Program-made: the position numbers and the translations under genes
NCBI GenBank assembly: GCA_903923345.1
Contig: CAIXXI010000084.1
Coordinates: 1 to 48,605 of the forward strand
DNA length: 48,605 nt
Reading direction: 5' to 3'
From: an uncultured Burkholderiales bacterium
Lineage (GTDB): Bacteria; Pseudomonadota; Gammaproteobacteria; Burkholderiales; Burkholderiaceae_E
Part shown: positions 45,774 to 48,605 of the stretch, piece by piece
How the letters are laid out: the number at the start of each line of letters is the position of its first letter
Position numbering within the stretch: the stretch's first letter is position 1
The notes under the pieces: model-generated
The model's input: the letters and a program-made list of their open reading frames with translations, nothing else
Databases searched by the model: none
What the model was told of the DNA's origin: nothing

Positions 45774-46923
45774 GAGGTCTCGTCGGTCGGTCATTCGCGC
45801 CATGGCGCTGGTCAGTCTGCCGGCGTTGACGCTTTCTCCATTGTCCGCCCTGGGTCAGACGGCGGCAAACAACGCCCCGGCCCAGCCTGCTCCCTATGCG
45901 CGCTTTGGTAAAGGGCCCACTGTATTCGCCGTGCTGTTGCCGCCTCGCGGCGGGGCATTCGACCGTGCCGCCGATTGCGTGCTGGCCGGGATCAGGGCAG
46001 CGCATTCGATTGATGGTGCCGAGATTTCCGTGGACGCCATCGTGTCGCTCGAAGACCCGGCAGGGCTCTCGGCCACATTGACCTCTCTGCGCGATCGTGG
46101 CGTGAAGTTCGTGATCGGCCCGCTGACCCGTAACGGCGCCAACGCCGTGCGCACCCTGGACGCCGTCGAAGTGCCGACCCTCGTCCTGAACCTGCCTGAG
46201 GGCGATCTGTCCGCGCGCTCCAGTTCTCGGGCGGTGTACTTCGGTCTGGCCATCGAGTCCGAGTCGCGCCAGGCGGCTTCACAGGCCTTTGCCCAGGGCC
46301 TCGCCCTGGATGGCGGGCGCAAGCCGCGGGCCCTGATGATCGTGGCCGACAACCGCCTGTCCGTTCGCAGCGCGGTGGCTTTCACCGAGGAATGGCAATC
46401 GCTGGGCGGTGAACTGAGCGATCCAATCGAATTCACCGGCGATCGCCCGCCCAGAGATCTGCGGGCCCGCCTGGGCACGCCGGCGCCCGACGTCGCCTTT
46501 CTGGCGATGACCCCCGAGCAGGCTCGGGGCGTGCGCCGCGAGCTCGACCCAAAAATGCTCGCCTGGGGCACATCGCAAGTCAGCATCGGCAATACCCGCA
46601 CGCTGCGCCTGCCCGAACTCGACGGGCTTCGGGTGCTCGAGATGCCCTGGCATGTCGAACCCGAGCATCCCGCGGTCATGGCCTATCCCAAAGCGCCCGC
46701 CCACTACAGTGTCGAGATGCAGCGTCTGTATGCGCTGGGCATCGATGCCTTTCGGCTGGCCCGTCAGATGCACGCGGGCGGCGCCTCGTTTGAACTCGAT
46801 GGCGTGACCGGTCGGTTGCGCTACGACAGTCAGGGGGTGGCGCGCATCGACCGGGTTTCGGTGCCGGCTCAATACCGCACCGGCCGTCCGATGCCCATCC
46901 AGGGCCCCGCCGGCTCGAACTGA
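45772..46923 (+). CDS. Penicillin-binding protein activator LpoA-like (YraM family, type-I periplasmic-binding fold)
   Basis: Its position divergent from rsmI and upstream of yraN mirrors the conserved rsmI/lpoA-yraN arrangement. Signal peptide is MRSRRSVIRAMALVSLPALTLSPLSALGQ. The body is LivJ-like (FVIGPLTRNGANAV). Confidence 0.75.
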   Translation: MRSRRSVIRAMALVSLPALTLSPLSALGQTAANNAPAQPAPYARFGKGPTVFAVLLPPRGGAFDRAADCVLAGIRAAHSIDGAEISVDAIVSLEDPAGLSATLTSLRDRGVKFVIGPLTRNGANAVRTLDAVEVPTLVLNLPEGDLSARSSSRAVYFGLAIESESRQAASQAFAQGLALDGGRKPRALMIVADNRLSVRSAVAFTEEWQSLGGELSDPIEFTGDRPPRDLRARLGTPAPDVAFLAMTPEQARGVRRELDPKMLAWGTSQVSIGNTRTLRLPELDGLRVLEMPWHVEPEHPAVMAYPKAPAHYSVEMQRLYALGIDAFRLARQMHAGGASFELDGVTGRLRYDSQGVARIDRVSVPAQYRTGRPMPIQGPAGSN

Positions 46924-46971
46924 TCGCAGCCGGTCACACCGCGCTCGCCTGAGCGGCCGGATCGGCCGGCC

Positions 46972-47352
46972 GTGCCGGGAGTCCACTCGATGCCAGCCCC
47001 CCGCCAGCGACAGGGTTTCGATGCAGAAGACCGGGCGATGGCCTTTCTCGAGGCCAAGGGCCTGCAGACGGTGGAGCGCAATGTCCGGTTTCGCGGCGGC
47101 GAAATCGACCTGGTCATGCGCGACGGGCCCGACTGGGTTTTTGTCGAAGTCCGCGCGCGGGCCGATGCCCGCTTCGGCGGGGCTGCCGCCAGCGTCGGTC
47201 CGACCAAGCAGCGCCGTCTGGTTCGGGCAGCCCAGCTCTACCTGATGCGCCGCTTCGGTCAGCGAGGCTGGCCCGCCTGCCGTTTTGACGTGGTCGCCTT
47301 CGAGGCCGGGGTGCCGAGCTGGATCCGCGCCGCGTTTGTGCTGCAAGGCTAG
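46972..47352 (+). CDS. yraN: YraN family (UPF0102) endonuclease-like protein
   Basis: [48 protein letters not shown] is the canonical YraN signature (GE.DL....... FVEV.). Confidence 0.85.
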   Translation: MPGVHSMPAPRQRQGFDAEDRAMAFLEAKGLQTVERNVRFRGGEIDLVMRDGPDWVFVEVRARADARFGGAAASVGPTKQRRLVRAAQLYLMRRFGQRGWPACRFDVVAFEAGVPSWIRAAFVLQG

Positions 47353-47393
47353 GCGACAGCCCGCGATACACTTCACCGTTTCCAGGAGCTGCC

Positions 47394-47999
47394 ATGCGAT
47401 CGAACCGTCGCCCATTTCTTGCCGCCCTGTTGGCATCCAGCCTGCTGGTCAGCGGCTGTATTCCGGTGGTTGCCACCGGCATGGCAGTCGGTGCATTCGC
47501 GGCCCTTGACCGCCGATCCGTTGGCACACAGACCGATGACACCCAAATCGAGTTGCGTGGCAGCAGCCGCCTGTCCGATGCGATGAAAGGCTCGGCTGGC
47601 GTGGTGATCACCAGCTTCAACCGCCGTGTGCTGCTCACCGGGCAGGTGCCCGACGCCGCCGCCAAAGCGGATGCTGAGCGGGCACTGCGCGCGGTCAATG
47701 GCGTGCGCGAGGTGTACAACGAGCTCGAAATCGGACCGCGGGTCTCGGTCACGACCCTGGCCAACGACACCGCCCTGACCGCGCGCGTGAAAGCCTCCTT
47801 CGTGGAGCAAAAGGTGCTCGACTCCAATGCGGTCAAGATCGTCACTGAAAATGGCGTCGTCTACCTCATGGGGCTGGTCACCAACAGGGAAGGCCCCGGC
47901 TATGCCACCGTGGCCAGCCGGGTCTCGGGTGTGCGGCGGGTGGTCACCCTGTTCGAGTACATCAGCGAAGACGAACTGGCGCGACTCAAGGCGCGCTGA
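47394..47999 (+). CDS. BON domain-containing lipoprotein (DolP/YraP-like)
   Basis: Lipobox is LLASSLLVSGC. Two BON domains are present (...VVITSFNRRVLLTGQVPD...; ...VKIVTENGVVYLMGLVT...). It occupies the position of yraP downstream of yraN. Confidence 0.85.
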   Translation: MRSNRRPFLAALLASSLLVSGCIPVVATGMAVGAFAALDRRSVGTQTDDTQIELRGSSRLSDAMKGSAGVVITSFNRRVLLTGQVPDAAAKADAERALRAVNGVREVYNELEIGPRVSVTTLANDTALTARVKASFVEQKVLDSNAVKIVTENGVVYLMGLVTNREGPGYATVASRVSGVRRVVTLFEYISEDELARLKAR

Positions 48000-48159
48000 C
48001 CACCGCCGGGGTGCTGCGCCCCGACGTCTGTCGTCTCCGGATTCGGGCGCAATGCCTCGCTTCGGTTTGGTCCAACCGTCAATCGGAACGGCCCAACGGT
48101 ATGTGACAAACTGGCTACGCTAGCGTTCTGATGCGCATTCTGGTGCATCGAAACGCGAG

Positions 48160-48605
48160 ATGACCGTCGGTTCGCTGTTCCTGTTGCTGAGTGTTGCCGT
48201 GCTGCTGTTGTGGGCGACGATCGCCTATAACCGGCTCGTCGGCCTGCGAAATGCCAGCCGAAATGCCTTCGAACGCATCGACGCGCCCCTGAAGCAGCGT
48301 CATGACCTCCTGCCTGAGGTGTTTGCCGCCATCCAGGCCCTTGGATTGCCGCTGCGACCGCGCGTGTCGACCGCCGAGGCCGCCCGCCACAACGCCATTT
48401 CGGCCCGTGCCTGGGCTGCGACGCAAGGCGTCGACCCCCATGCGATGCATCGGCTCGACGCGGCTGAGTCGGCCCTGACAACGGGTCTGGCCACGCTGTG
48501 GGCAGCCGTCGATTCGCATCCCGCTTCGCATAGGGATGCCGGATGGGTGCATCTGCGTGACCGCTTGCTCGAGATCGAGTCACGGATCGATTTCGCACGC
48601 CGGGG
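48160..48605 (+). CDS. LemA family protein, 3'-truncated at the window edge
   Basis: Not in the ORF track because no stop is reached. My own translation from ATG 48160 is MTVGSLFLLLSVAVLLLWATIAYNRLVGLRNASRNAFERIDAPLKQRHDLLPEVF.... It shows an N-terminal TM plus the YN.L......A...ID..L..R.DL.P motif of LemA, and stays open to base 48605. Confidence 0.65.
   Translation, partial: MTVGSLFLLLSVAVLLLWATIAYNRLVGLRNASRNAFERIDAPLKQRHDLLPEVFAAIQALGLPLRPRVSTAEAARHNAISARAWAATQGVDPHAMHRLDAAESALTTGLATLWAAVDSHPASHRDAGWVHLRDRLLEIESRIDFARR

Noticed and set aside
1-48605. The whole window, scanned for tRNA/rRNA genes, IS elements, integrases, prophage blocks and known defence-system gene sets.
   Set aside because: No intergenic segment contains a T-loop-like GGTTCGAATCC or a cloverleaf-sized structure. 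No ORF has transposase, integrase or recombinase motifs. No long terminal inverted repeats were noticed. The only phage-like element is the truncated beta-helix/knob ORF at the left edge, reported separately.

Overview
High-GC, densely coding chromosomal window that looks betaproteobacterial, possibly Burkholderiales. That guess rests only on gene order (argS-SPOR-dsbA; rsmI / lpoA-yraN-BON) and codon style, and is not verifiable here. I call about 48 CDS. I saw no rRNA, tRNA, CRISPR array, transposase, integrase or recognisable defence system.

Layout:
- 1-8.0 kb: Wzx-type surface-polysaccharide cluster. It holds a truncated beta-helix/knob protein, an O-acyltransferase, one GT2 and two GT4 glycosyltransferases, a flippase and a WecA-like initiating transferase.
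- 8-11 kb: metC, an esterase and a hydratase.
- 11-18 kb: signalling-type neighbourhood. It holds a hybrid histidine kinase, DUF456, a receiver-TPR protein whose phospho-acceptor Asp is replaced by Glu, and an orphan membrane-anchored TAXI binding protein coupled to an unknown bitopic protein.
- 18-21 kb: glgC-glgA.
- 21-27 kb: TerC, then a lipid-flavoured set. It holds a GT4 translationally coupled to a thioredoxin, an Mpo1/DUF962-like protein, a HemL-like aminotransferase with an N-terminal extension, and a phosphatidylserine-decarboxylase family protein.
- 27-36 kb: GST, GNAT, Fe-ADH, an acyl-CoA synthetase-Sir2 (CobB) pair, and an ethanolamine ammonia-lyase whose eutB and eutC are separated by two unrelated genes. 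One of those genes is a DUF1640 coiled-coil gene built from 21-bp tandem repeats.
- 36-48.6 kb: core genes. These are two multihaem cytochromes c, SDR, VOC, argS, a SPOR protein, dsbA, a signal-less BtuF-like protein, rlpA, rsmI, lpoA-like, yraN, a BON lipoprotein and a truncated LemA.

Nothing here is demonstrably a new system. The best leads for uncharacterised biology are the orphan TAXI/bitopic-protein pair with the Asp-less receiver-TPR, the GT4-Trx / Mpo1-like / aminotransferase / PSD neighbourhood, and the split eutB...eutC locus. All functional calls come from motif recognition by eye; no database search was run.
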